A DNA stretch of 64,000 nucleotides from Vicugna vicugna (taxonomy: Eukaryota). The notes beneath the pieces were generated by a model. The model saw only the letters and a program-made list of their open reading frames with translations. It searched no databases and was not told the DNA's origin. A program made the translations under genes and the position numbers. The stretch's first letter is position 1. Each line of letters opens with the position of its first letter. This document shows positions 50,262 through 62,694 of the stretch, in pieces. The stretch covers positions 1 through 64,000 of the forward strand of contig MU058781.1 of assembly GCA_013265495.1 (NCBI GenBank), given 5' to 3'.

Positions 50262-52016
50262 TTTTTTACTTGAAGTATAGTTGATTTACAGTATTATGAT
50301 AGTTTCAGATATACAGAAAAGTGATTCAATTCTAATATATATAAATTTTCAGATTATTTTCCATTATAGGTTATTATAGGATATTAAATATTGTTCCCTG
50401 TGTTACAGAGGAAATCCTTGTTATTTATCTATTTTATATACAGTAGTATATATCTGTTAATCACATACTCCTAATTTATCCCTCTCCCCTCCCTCCTACC
50501 TCTCCTCTTTGGTAACCCTAGGTTTGTTTTCTATGTCAGTGAGTCTCTTTCTGTTTTGTAAATTGATTCATTTATATTATTTTTTTAGATTCCACATATA
50601 AGTGATACCATATAATAGTTGTCTTTCTCTGACTTACTTCACTTAGTATGATAATCTCGAAGTCCATCCATGTTGCTGCAAAGGGCATTACTTCAATTCT
50701 TTTTCTGTGGATGAGTAATATTCCATTATGTATGTATATCACATCTTTATCCATTCATCTGTCAATGGACGCTTAGATTGCTACCATGTCTTGGCTGTTG
50801 TAAATAGTGCTGCTATGAACATTGGGATGCATGTATCTTTTCACTGGATATATGCCCAGGAGTGGGATTGCTGGATCATATGGGAATTCAATTTTTAGTT
50901 TTTCAAGGAACTTCCATACTGTTTTCCATAGTGGTAGCACCAATTTACATTCCCACCAACAGTGTAGTGGTGGGTTCCCTCTTCTCCACACCCTCTCCAG
51001 CATTTATTATTTGTAGACTTTTTAATGCTAGCCATTCTGACTGGTGTGAGATGATACCTCATTGTGGTTTTGATTTGCATTTCTCTGATAATTAGCAATA
51101 TGGAGCATCTTTTGATGTGCCTGTTGGCCATCTGCATGTCTTCCTTGGAGAAATGTCTGTTTAGGTCTTCTCCCCATTTTCTGATTGGGTTGCTTGTTTT
51201 TTTGATATTGGGTTGTATGATCTGTTTGTATATTTTGAAAATTAACCTCTTGTCAGCCACATCATTTGCAAATATCTTCTCCTATTCAGTAAGTTGGCCT
51301 TTTATTTTGTTGATGGTTTCTTTTGCTGCTCAAAAGCTTTTAAGTTTGATTAGGTTCCCTTTGTTTATTTTTGCTTTTATTTCTTTTGCCTTGGGGAACT
51401 GATCTAAGAAAATATTGCTATGATTTATTCCAGAGAATGTTTTGCCTATATTCCCTTCTGGGAGTTTATGGTGTCATGTTTTATATTTAGGTCTTTAAAC
51501 CATTTTGAGTTTATTTTTTTATATAGTGTGATGGAGTGTTCCAATTGTATTGATTTACATGAGAATGTCCAGCTTTTCTAACAGTGCTGCTGAAGAGACT
51601 GTTTTTTCCCTATTGTATATTCTTGCCTCCTTTGTTGAAGATTAATTGACAGAAGATATATGGGTTTATTTCTGGGTGCTCTATTCTCTTTCATTGATTT
51701 TATGTCTGTTTTTATATAAATACCTCACTTTTTTTAAAAACAGTTTTTAATTGAGTTGTAGTGTTTTTATTATTGTAGCTTTGTAGGATTGTCTGAAGTT
51801 TTGGAGGGTTTTTCAAGCTCCAGCTTTATTCTTTTCCCTCAGGATTACTTTCACAATTCTGAGTTTTTTGTGGTTCCATGTAAATTTTAGAATTATTTGT
51901 TCTAGTTCTGTTAAAAAATGTCATGCATAATTTGATAGAGATTGCATTGACTCTGTAGATTGCTTTGGGTAGTATGGCCATTTTAACAATATTAATTCCT
52001 CCAATCTAAGAGCACA
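50262..52016 (-). mobile_element. 5'-truncated L1, about 1.75 kb (cetartiodactyl-age)
   Basis: ORFs 50895..51260 ([17 protein letters not shown]...CWRGCGE), 50773..51003 (HCWWECKLV...[13 protein letters not shown]) and 50572..50754 are frameshifted L1 ORF2 C-terminal/Cys-rich region. Confidence 0.95.
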
Positions 52017-52029
52017 AAGAACTATATTT

Positions 52030-52188
52030 TATGTTTTATTTTTTTAAACATCTTTATTGTGGTATGGTTCTTGTACAGTCAACTACACATATTTCAGATG
52101 TACAATTTGATGGATTTTGATAGATGTATACACCCATGAAACCACCACCACATTTAAGATAGCAAACATTTCCATCACTCCCCAAGAG
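52030..52188 (-). mobile_element. L1MB-type 3' terminus
   Basis: ctttattg...tgtacaatttgatg...tatacacccatgaaaccaccaccac...aacatttccatcactcc. Confidence 0.8.
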
Positions 52189-52349
52189 GTACAATTTTTG
52201 AATTCCCAGTTTATCCCTTCCCACCCCCTTTAACTCCTGATAGCCATAAGTCTGTAAAGAACCATATTTTATAAATAAAGCTGACCACCATGGGAAAGTA
52301 TGTAGTAAAATTTTTGTTTGTTTTCTGTTTGTGATGAGCTATTTTCTGC

Positions 52350-52960
52350 TGAGAAGCAATATGGTTTAGTAGAAAGTGTACAAACTTTAGTGTCATGGTA
52401 CCTTGGTTAGATAGCAGACTTTATCATTTAACACTTCCGGGCAGATGTGGCTAACTGTGCATCAAGCTTCCATACCATAGGTACGTGCCTGCCAGAGCAC
52501 ATGTTCCAGTGTTACTTCACCCCTTGCATATATAGATTATGGAATGTGAGAACTGATGGGTGTCACCTCTGGGTCAAACCTGAAGAAGCAGGTTCACCGT
52601 TACCCATTTCCTTTGCTGCTTGCTGAAGGCAGAGGACTCTGAGGCCTTAGAAGAGGGCAGAACCACAAGATAGAAGAATTCATGAATGGCCGTGCCATCT
52701 GACTTAAATACTGACAAATTCTGAAGGATTAGATTTTGTTACAGCAGCTAGCATTATGGTGCAAACTAATACATACAATGTAAAATCTTGGGAGATTCAC
52801 TTAATTTCAGGCAGCTTTGTTTTTCCATATGGTAAATGCAATATTTGTAATATAAATAAACACATTATGAGGAAACCTGTCTCAAAGAGTTTCTGGGAAC
52901 ATCAAATGAGATAACATATGACAAAGTGTTTTATAGGTGGCCATTATACAAAATTAGCCA
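52350..52960 (+). mobile_element. MIR split by an MLT1 LTR
   Basis: 5' part gaagcaatatggtttagtagaaag (52350-52432); 3' part tcttgggagattcacttaat...aaatgagataacatatg (52773-52960). Confidence 0.7.
52436..52772 (+). mobile_element. MLT1I/J-like LTR
   Basis: ggaatgtgag...gtgtcacctctggg...gcagaggactctgaggcc...ttgttacagcagctagcatta...actaataca. Confidence 0.75.
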
Positions 52961-53229
52961 TTCTTTTTTTCATTCTTTCACTTGCCTTCATTGTGACAAA
53001 TCACTCACACTTAGGAGTTGGTGTGGAAGTGTGTTTGCACTATATTCTGGAACATTATAGAAATTGCTTATAGCTCTTCTTTGCTCAAAGCTAAATTCAC
53101 TAGTATGAAATACCATACTTTGAATCCCTCTTTCCTAAAATTTTGATTGTAGTGTCTTCCTCTGTTGTGAAGAGTAATCTATGGACCATGGCCTTTTCTA
53201 TTTCTCTACCTTTATGGGCAATGATTTTG

Positions 53230-53375
53230 TGTCAGGCATTATACTATCATCACCAGGAGGTAGGAGGTAGGTGCTTTCTTTCCTTTTGTCCAAGGTCACA
53301 TAGCCAGCAAATGGGACATCTGGGCTTCAAACCTGGTTCAGCTTAATGCCAATAATATGGATCATACCATTGTAT
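53230..53375 (-). mobile_element. MIR fragment
   Basis: tgtccaaggtcacatagccagcaaatgg...ttcaaacctgg. Confidence 0.65.
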
Positions 53376-53484
53376 CCTTGCCTATGAAGTGAATAATGTA
53401 GTTTGTCTCTTGGATCCAAAGGACACAGAGCTAGGATTAGGTAGTTTACTGTGGTGTGTACAAGAAAGGGCCTTAAAAGTGAGT

Positions 53485-53565
53485 GGATAAGAATTTTCTT
53501 AAACAAAAAAATGATATTAAATCACAGATCCAAGAAACTTTAAGAATCTAACACAAAACGAAAAC

Positions 53566-53599
<34 letters not shown>

Positions 53600-54565
53600 T
53601 CATATTGTGAAGAACTGCTTTTAACCAAAGGTAAGGAAATCTTGAAGGAAGCCAGAGAAAAGTAGATTAATTACATAGACAGGAACAAACTGCTTTTCAG
53701 ACTGAACTGCTGGTCAGAAATTATGCAATATAGAAACTGACAAATTGATTGTAAAGTATATACAAAAATGCAAAGGATAAGGAATAGTCAAAACTTTTTG
53801 TTTTTTGAAGGGAGCAGCATTAGAGGACTCTTACTATCTGATTTTAAGACTAACTATAAAGTTACAATAAAGAGCGTAGTATTGACAAATAGAGAGAAAC
53901 ATAGATGAATAGAATAGAAACAAATAGACTCACACCTGTGTGGCCAGTTGAGTTTTGATCAGGTAAGTTAATTGTAAAAGAATATTATTTTTAGAATATG
54001 GTACTGGCACAATTGGACATCCATATGAAAAAAAAGCCAGCAAAACAAAACAGAAACCATCAGCCTATGCTATGTACCAAATACAAAAATGAACTTGATA
54101 TAGAAAATAGAGTTAATGTAAAACTCAGAACTGTAAAACTGTACAATACACTGAACTAGAAATCCTTGTGATCTTGAGTTAGGGAAAGATTTCTTAGGCA
54201 GAACGCAGAAAGCCCAAACCACAAAAGGAAAAATAAAATTTACAAAACACATGAACTGAAAGATACTCTTCTCCAGAATATGCAAAGAACTTTTATAACT
54301 CAATAATTGGAAAATAAAAAACCTAATTAAAAATAGGCATTAAGATTTGAATGGATAGTTCACCACTATGGGGATGTAGATTACACTTAAGTACAGGAAA
54401 ATATGCTTAACACCATTTGTTATTAGAAAAATGCAAATTACAGCCACCACAAGATAATACAAGAGAGAAGAAAACATACACATACCCCTATACTTGAATG
54501 TTTACGGTAGCTTAGCCCCAAACTGAAAGAACCCAACTGCCTACTACCTGCGAATGTATAAACAG
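53485..54565 (+). mobile_element. Fragmented old L1 (ORF1 and ORF2 pieces)
   Basis: cacagatccaagaa...aatcttgaaggaagccagagaaa; tgacaaattgatt...agaggactc...tcttgagttagggaaagatttcttag. Confidence 0.8.
53569..53596. repeat. (AC)n microsatellite
   Basis: Directly visible. Confidence 0.95.
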
Positions 54566-57134
54566 TCTTCTGTTCTCTTATTCCTGTTCACCAGTGCATC
54601 GACTAAATAGAGCAAAAGCAACAGCGGGAACTGCTTTTGACATATTCTCCCTTTCACCATTTTAACAATACACCTGCAAAAAGAAAAAAAAAGAAAAAAG
54701 AAAAAAGAAAAGAAGTTTCACAACTAACTACGGTTCTTAATTTTCCACCTTACTGTGTAGATGTAGCCATGTGTATATTTGAATTTTTTAGGTACCTGGA
54801 ATTCTGGAATTTTTAATGTATAATTAAATACACTGAATCCAAACTGCATTAATTACAGCGTTATCACTAATGAAATTTTACTATCAGATGAAAAACTAGA
54901 TTACAGAAACTTAAGGCTTTTATGCCTTCTCCTGAGTATTAAGTTTCTGTGTATTTTTTAAATAATTGAATACATGTTATAAATCATGTCAAAAATACTG
55001 ATGCTGCAGCCCTTTGGATGACAAATGACATAATACAAAAGAGACTTGCTCCTATGACTGTTCTCTTCAACCACTGTCGGTAAGCACATCTTGGCCCATG
55101 AAATGTTGTGGACAATGAATTAAGTTTAAGTATAAAGGCAGCAAAAGGCTGTCAAATTCTGGTGTAGCTCAGGGAAACTGGCCTCTAGGGTAGATTTCTT
55201 GGCAGGACCTTCATGGTAGATGTCAAATATCTTTCCCCCACACTCTCCCTGGACCCCATTTTCTATAAAAATTGTGCAAATTAGAAATTTTAACAAATTA
55301 GAAAGATAGTCATACTTTCAAGCAAACCGTATTTAAAAATTAGCATACTCTTCAGTATTGTAAACTTCCTTAAAACTATATCCATCTGTTAGTATGACTT
55401 CATTTCAAATACCTAGCTGGGATCAGTGGTGCTGGGGTTAATCAGCGGAGAGGCTGGTAAGTTGGAGATCAGAGCAGACCGGGACAGCTTGCTGATGTGA
55501 GAAGATCGAACCAGCAGGAAAGAGAATAACGAGTGTTCATAAAGGGGGCATTGACACATTGAGGAATATGCTTCATGTTTTTCTCTTTTCTCCTTTGTTA
55601 ATTTCCCCCACATCCTACGTATACTCCTAGAACACTGAATTCAAGCAAGAAATAGGGAAGTGGGTAAAACATCTGTTGAGCCCCTAAGATTCCACAGGAA
55701 AGGAGTGACAATTCGACCATGTACTCAGACCCTTACTAAGTGCTTTCTGTTAACTTACACAATCCTCAAGAAAATTCCAACACACAAAAAATATGAGATT
55801 TATTTGTATTGTGAGCTCAGCAAACTCCGTGAGCATGGTGACCTAATGATGGCAAATATGGTACTGTTTCTTTTCTGGAAGTATGCTTTTCGGATTCTAA
55901 ATAACAAAAAACCTTCAGAAGAACCGTTTAAGAGTGTCTGTAGTTGTGTTTTATGAGTTATATATAAAATTTAAACAGGCACCTTGTGTAGTAATTTCCT
56001 TAGAGGAACTCTGTATTCCAGCGAACAGTAGAGAATACTGCCTAGAGGACCACACACTAGACACTTGATTTTCTATGTTCTCTCTCCCTGCCTACCTATG
56101 AAAATATTCAGAGTAACCACAAGCAAATAAAAACTTTCTCTCCTCTTTAGAATTCCCAGATACCATCCATAGGTGGTTTATAACTATTTGAAATGATAAT
56201 CAACAACTCTACTTATGCATAACATCTGCTGGGAACTCACATCTACTTAATTCACCTTCTAGTTAATAAAACATCCTGGACATGGTTTTCCTTAGAACTA
56301 TGATATATGGAGCCATATTTAAATTGACTTATAGAAAATATGCGGCTTGTTTTCTTGACAGACTTTTCAAAGAATCTCAGAAAACTGAAAACTTCTATAA
56401 AGAATAGCCTTTGTTTCATGATAAAAATATCTTATTAGGATCAATGTAGTAATGATGAGCTTCATACTGCAAAAAATGTAATGTCCTTATTTGTTAAAAC
56501 CCTAAGAAGTAAGTAGATAATTAATTTTCTAATATCTTTTCATAGAATAAAAACTGATATTCTAGGTTAGAAATGGAATATAATTTCATGGACATTTTTT
56601 TAAATTGAAAATTATAGAGCTTGCCAAAATCTTGAAAACTTAAGTGGTTTAGGAGTCATATCTCTACCCGTATTTTAGAAGAGTGGGAAAAAAGATACTT
56701 AGTGCTTTGGAATGATAAGATCCTATCATTTTGTTGACCAAAACAGCCTTTATTCTCTCCCTAATCTTAATAACATCCAGGAATTTTGAAATGGACCTGA
56801 TCTGGTGTTTAGTTAATTGAGTATTTTTAAGTAGTTGAGTTCAAAGACAGAATGGGAGCTCATCTGTTTTCAATATGTGAGGATTGGAGATAGAGATGCA
56901 TTTCCACCATCCCAACTATGTTTACATGGACAGAACTAGGTGGGGTATATTCCTGCGGGCTTGGTTGGTTAACCGCCAAGGGTAGGCTGGAAGCATAAAA
57001 AGAATGATGAGACCTGAGAAGATATAAAATCAGACAACAGAGGCTGAGAAACCAGAGATACCCGTTACAGAGGCCAGAATCTTGGAAACGTCACAGAAGA
57101 CATTATTTTTCTAAAGAGCCATAGGCAGCTCATT

Positions 57135-57690
57135 CCCCTCACTGCCACTCTTCCCGTTGTACCCTCCAATCTCAGTTTTATCTACATGACTACGGACCCA
57201 TTGAATTGGTCTTTTGCCTGGATCTAGTTCATTTCCAGGGCTGTGATTTGTTAATCTGTTCTTTAAAACTGGTCTTTCATGATCAGGGCCCTGCCTCCCC
57301 TGCCAGCCTTTTTGGAGTAAAGCTTCCTAGCTCTCTGCTCTCCAGCCAGCTTTCCTGTTAAAGGATCCAGGAACTGCCTTCCCCTTTTTCTTCTGGTAAA
57401 TTCCTATCAGCCTTAGGATCCATATCAAGTAACTTCTCTAAGAAGACTTCGCCTACCTCCCGGACTAGGTCTGATCTCACAGTTGGGCCCATACCCGTGC
57501 GTGACTCCAACCAATCTGCACCACTTTGTAGCACCCGTGATAATTATAAATGTGCAGTTATCTGCTGTCTGCTTCCCTTCTTAGAACTTAAGCTCCCCAT
57601 AGGCATGACTGTGCCTTTCTCGTCATCTGTGTTTCTAGTGATTGCTGTAGTCACTTGCCATCATGGGTGCTCATTGAATGAATGAATAAA
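57135..57690 (+). mobile_element. L2 3' region
   Basis: Ends taagctccccataggcatgactgtg...gggtgctcattgaatgaatgaat. Confidence 0.75.
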
Positions 57691-58339
57691 AGGACATTTC
57701 TCCTTGGACAAGAGGCTCATCCTCATTTATATCAGATGGTGGGACTATTTCTAGTCTGGGAAATTCTTCTTGGGTTTTATGCTGTCATACTTATTCTTTT
57801 TTCTTAGAACCCCCATTTCTGAACTTTCTTTTAACTTTTGAAACACAAATTTGAGCAAAGACCAAGACCCTAACATGAACTTACCATCCTGTTTCTCTAA
57901 AGTTATAATTTACATTTACTATATCAATTTGAGATCATTCTGAGTCAAGTAGGATTATTCAGACTACTTTTGCTATGATACAAGGCATATCCTCTATATT
58001 AGACAACTCGTAGGCATTTAAAAGATATTTTAAAACAAAACTACAATGTTTAACATGAAACACTATTGAGAATTCAAATTTACATAAGTAGTATTAAATT
58101 TATAATTAAAATATTCATTACCACAATATTTTAAATATGAAATACATTCAAAAAAGCCTTTTAAAAAGATGTTTGTTATCCAATGCTGTGGCTCGAAAGA
58201 ACTTTACAATCCTTAGTTTTCAGTTGGTTTTGGTTACATTTTGATATTAAATAGTTTACAGATACAGTTGACACTCTACATCTAACAATATTAGAAGAAG
58301 CAACTGCATGTATTTTTAGTAAACTTGTACATGCTTTCT

Positions 58340-58475
58340 GGTGAGGAAGAAGACTACTTGACTGGGAATCAGGAGCCCTGGGGTTTCAGTGGGAGTCACG
58401 CTAATAAATGGCTGGGTGGCCGTGGGGGGAGGCAGTTAAGACCTCTTGCATCTCAGTTTCCTTGCCTATACAACA
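58340..58475 (+). mobile_element. MIR fragment
   Basis: gactgggaatcaggagccctgggg...cctcttgcatctcagtttccttgcctata. Confidence 0.7.
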
Positions 58476-58486
58476 CGACATTTTAT

Positions 58487-58770
58487 AGTGTTTCCTAAAC
58501 TGCATAGTCTTGAGTACTCCTTCTGCACGATGTTAGTCACTATTCCATGATAAAAAAGATTCTGGGGTTAAAATAAGCTTGGGAAAAATTGAGATACATG
58601 GAGTTAGTAGTTTTTTTCCTGCAGGATTTCTCAGTACCTTTTAGATGCAAAAAATGAGCTCCGCCTCTCCAAGATGAGACAATTTATGTGCTCCCTTCAA
58701 TGTGATTTGACCATGGAGCCGTTTTTAGAGAATTAGCTATCAACAGCGTCATTTGCAGTCCGTATGCTAC
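58487..58770. mobile_element. MER5C-like hAT fossil
   Basis: agtgtttcctaaa...aaataagcttgggaaa...ctgcaggatttctcag...tctccaaga...atttgaccatgga. Confidence 0.7.
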
Positions 58771-60908
58771 CTAAAATATTTTAAGGTTCTTGTAGAAATT
58801 CAGCTTATGGCTATGGGAATGTTTCTTCAGTGAAGCCAAAAAAAATAAAAAAGATGAACAATTATGAGAAAAAGATGAGATTTAAATATTAAGGGAAATG
58901 TTATTGAGTACTATTGTTTCTATTTTTAATTTTTAGATTATGAGAGGAGTTTATATTTCGTAGACTGAATCCATCAAATACTATTTTTAAACCTTATTTT
59001 TCCTCTTGATAAATTTAATAAGTACAGAAAGTGATAAAGAAAATATGAGGACAGAAAATTATAAGGAAAATAAAACCCACATGGTAAGAAAGTTCTTGAG
59101 AATGGAAACTTCCTGTCCCTCTTGTCCCTTGTTAACAGTGGAAGGTGGAGAACTGAACTGGCAAATGTCTCTTCTCTGGATGCAGAAAATGTCGTTTTTT
59201 GTCTGCCTAAATACCTTAGTCTGGACCTGACTCTTTCATCCTAAGATTTCCAACGCTTAGTATGAGCTGATGAAAGAAATATGGTCCAACATTAAGTAGG
59301 TGGTGATAATGACGACAAATCCCGTGTATGAAATGCATGCTACGAAGGAAGTTGCAGAAGGAAATCTTACCCATCAGCAGTATGCAGTGATGGTATAGAA
59401 ATGGAATTTGGAGGCTGCTCAAAGAGATACATCCATATTCTTTATGACAAACTAGGGGGAAGTCATAGTTTGCTGTTAGCAGAGGCATACTTCATGACTG
59501 AGTGGAGGCACACTTCGTGACTGATCGGTCCACCGCTTCCATCTGCTGGCATCAGTTTTGTCAGCTCAAGGATCCCACCGCTTATTTGGGTGTCCTCAAG
59601 CTTGGCCACTGTTTGTCAGTGGTGGTGTGGGTAAGGGCCAAAGTATGTGTTTCGAGTAGAGATAGACCTGACTGAGCCACTAGGTATGTCTACTGGGGAA
59701 AGTAAAAGGCAGGGGTGAAATGGATCTTTAAAATAAACACACACTAAAACTATATTATGTTGTGGAATTTCTGTCTCTGCTTTTCTTTCATTTCCCTCCA
59801 GGTATAGCTTGGCTTACCTGTGTACTCCTAAACTGGGAAATTAATTCATGTGAACTTACATCCAAACGAGGCATTCAGGGTAATATCCAGCTTGGCTCTT
59901 AGGTTTTGTGACCTGTGACTGGTTAAATTTTGACACTTACAGCCTATAAAAGTATTGCAATGTTTTGTTAAAAATTACCTATTTTATTTATTTTTTGGAT
60001 ATAGAAGGTACAAAGTAAATCCAGGGGGCACACATAGCTATCACTAAAATTTATTACTATTTTTCATGTGATAGATGGATGCTTTTGGTGTATCTCAGTA
60101 TGCAGCATTTAATTTTCTAGGTGATTCCATTTTAATGAAGAATTTCATCCTGGATAATTATTCAGTTGTTTTTGATAAAAGTTATTAATCCACTAATCTA
60201 TAGTAGAAGAAGGCATTTGATTCAATGGGTTGTCTGTTAAAACATGGTGAGTGATTATACCAGAAATGAAAGTCATCCAAAGTTATGTCTCAATAGAAAA
60301 AGAAAGGAGAAATAAAACAAAAATTTTGAAGGCCAAGTACCCCAAATTCTCTTTATCTGGAATATTTCAGTAACAATAATATATTTTGAGTATTTCCATT
60401 TTGGAACAACACTACTTAAAATCCAACTAAAAGTCATGCGATTGAATCCATAAATCACATGTCGAAAGTAATCCTCTTGGACAATGACAGACAATGTATG
60501 CCATGTTCATTTGAATCTTTTCACCTTATTTTTCTAGGACAACCCACATGAAAATTTAGTGACATTGCCCTTATGAAAGCACTGATGAAGACATTGTGCC
60601 CTAAATACATCTAACTTCCTTTTCCTTTGGTTATGGGAACATTTCTTATTTAGCTCATTTAATCTGCAGGTCAAGTCGAAAATCCTAAGTGAATTTCAAA
60701 TCTTACAAAAATTTTAAAGGAAAAAATCTTGGGGGGAACTTTTGAAAAGAGCTCAACACACCAGCTTAACTTGGGTTTTGTTAGTACTTGGCTAGGCTGT
60801 TACTAAACTTTTTATTCTACTATTTATTACTTTTATAAACTCACCAACCAGATTATCCTTTTGTGGGGTGAGAAAGTTGATTCTACATATTTTAGGTTAT
60901 ATTATCTT

Positions 60909-61051
60909 GTTTTTTTTGAGAGGGGGGAGGTAACTAGGTTTGTTTGTTTGTTTGTTTGTTTGTTTGTTTAAAATGGAAGTGCTGGGAGTTGAACCTAGGA
61001 CCTCATACATGCTAAGTACACACTCTACCACTGAGCTATACCCTCCTCCCC
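60909..61051 (-). mobile_element. Full-length tRNA-derived camelid SINE (Vic-1 type)
   Basis: Minus strand reads GGGGAGGAGGGTATAGCTCAGTGGTAGAG...GGTTCAACTCCCAG (Pol III A and B boxes), then an (AAAC)n tail and polyA; perfect 15-bp TSD aggttatattatctt at 60894-60908 and 61052-61066. Confidence 0.93.
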
Positions 61052-62694
61052 AGGTTATATTATCTTTGGCATGAATTATTCAAATGATCATTCTGATTCT
61101 TTAATTATATAGGCTTGACAAAAAAAAGTTACTTCCTTATATAAAAATGCAAGCAACACAAGAAAGCAAAGTAAACTGTACATAGAAAGTTCTATTAAAG
61201 TTTATTTCTGCTGAAAAATAACCTTGGTGTCTTCTGCTACTTGAGATTCAGTCTAACTTTCAAAAGAAACTTATTTTTGTATCAGAAAAACATTTCCCTA
61301 TAGGCTAATTTCCTATATTGTAAGGGAACTTGATCTTTTTTCATTCTTTAAATTACAACTCATTTATTTAAAGGCATACTTGTCAAAAGAAAGCTTTAAG
61401 TAGTGAGTTAAAAAAGCAGTGTTAAATAATTGAATTGACTGTGATAAAATTGCCTCAGTTTAAATAGACTAGTCTGTTTAATGAATTGTGCTTTTATAGG
61501 ATGAGATAAATCTAATGTGAACTCAAGTGGTTCCAGAAACACTGAATTTGGGTAGATTAAAAGAAAGTCAAGATGAGGCACTTATAATAATTTAGTCATA
61601 ATTTGATTTTATTAAAATTGTACTTGATTATGAAACTGTTTTCTGCCAGGTTAATAATAATACACTTAAAATATTATCAGGAACCTTTCACACAGTTTGA
61701 ACAATTCAGATCCCTTGAAGAGGAGGTTCTATATTCTCTTTTTTCTTGTGTAGAAATAATAACTTGAGGCTTAATTAGGAACACAGCATTTAACCTCCAA
61801 TTTTTAGGAAGAGATTCAACTTACAAGCCTTCAACATTGAATGAAATTATTTTGGCAATGAGACCGTGGCAGGAAATTAATTTGGTATTTTAAAGTAAAT
61901 TTGGCAGATTTACATTCTTATTTAATGTTGAAAAGGGTTTTTATAACATACCATTAGGCTACCAAGCAGTCAGACCTGTGGAGCAATGCTGGGTTATCAC
62001 TTCAAAAGAGAAATTTAGCTAGAACATTTGGTAACCCTTGATTATACTTCTTGTGTTGTTAAGTGTTGAAATACATTTTATGTGCTTAAAAACAAAGGAG
62101 CAACTCAAAGGGGAAAAAAAAAATCCCTAAACTAAAACAAGTACAAACATAAGGGTCTGTTCTCATCAAAAAAGAATCATGAACTAAGGCTGTGGATCCC
62201 GTACGAGGCTGGCAATTCATTTTCAAATTGGCCGAATGGTGGAAACCAAATTCTTTGTTACATAGGTCAAGGCTGAAAGAAAGAAGTATGGAAAGATATT
62301 ATCAGTTCACACATACTGTTGAACCATTCCACAGTTTAAGGGGTATCTCAGTCTTCTTATCTGACCCACACAATTCCTATTTTAGTACTTATTATCCGAC
62401 AAGTAGCTTCTTAACTTAAGGCAAAATTCCTTTCACCATCCACACAGAGATTTCCTGCTTGGTATTTATGTTCTTACTTTGAGGAGTTTGTAATGATGAC
62501 AATGGAAGCGAGAAGTCAAATTCAAGTTTAAAATATGTAACAGAAATATTCAATCACGATGTTCAAGTCATGATCTAGTTTATGCCAGCAAGTGAAGTGG
62601 AGTGTTGCTCTAACATGAAGGATTGGAGTACATTCCTGAACTTGATGATCTTTAAATTTAGACTATTTCAAATAGACTTCATTATAACTAACCT

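Noticed and set aside
59565..59630. 66-nt plus-strand exon (LKDPTAYLGVLKLGHCLSVVVW)
   Set aside because: The donor is fair but the acceptor has almost no pyrimidine tract; peptide unrecognised
60975..61051. tRNA gene
   Set aside because: The tRNA-like head is followed by a simple-repeat/polyA tail and flanked by a TSD, so it is a SINE
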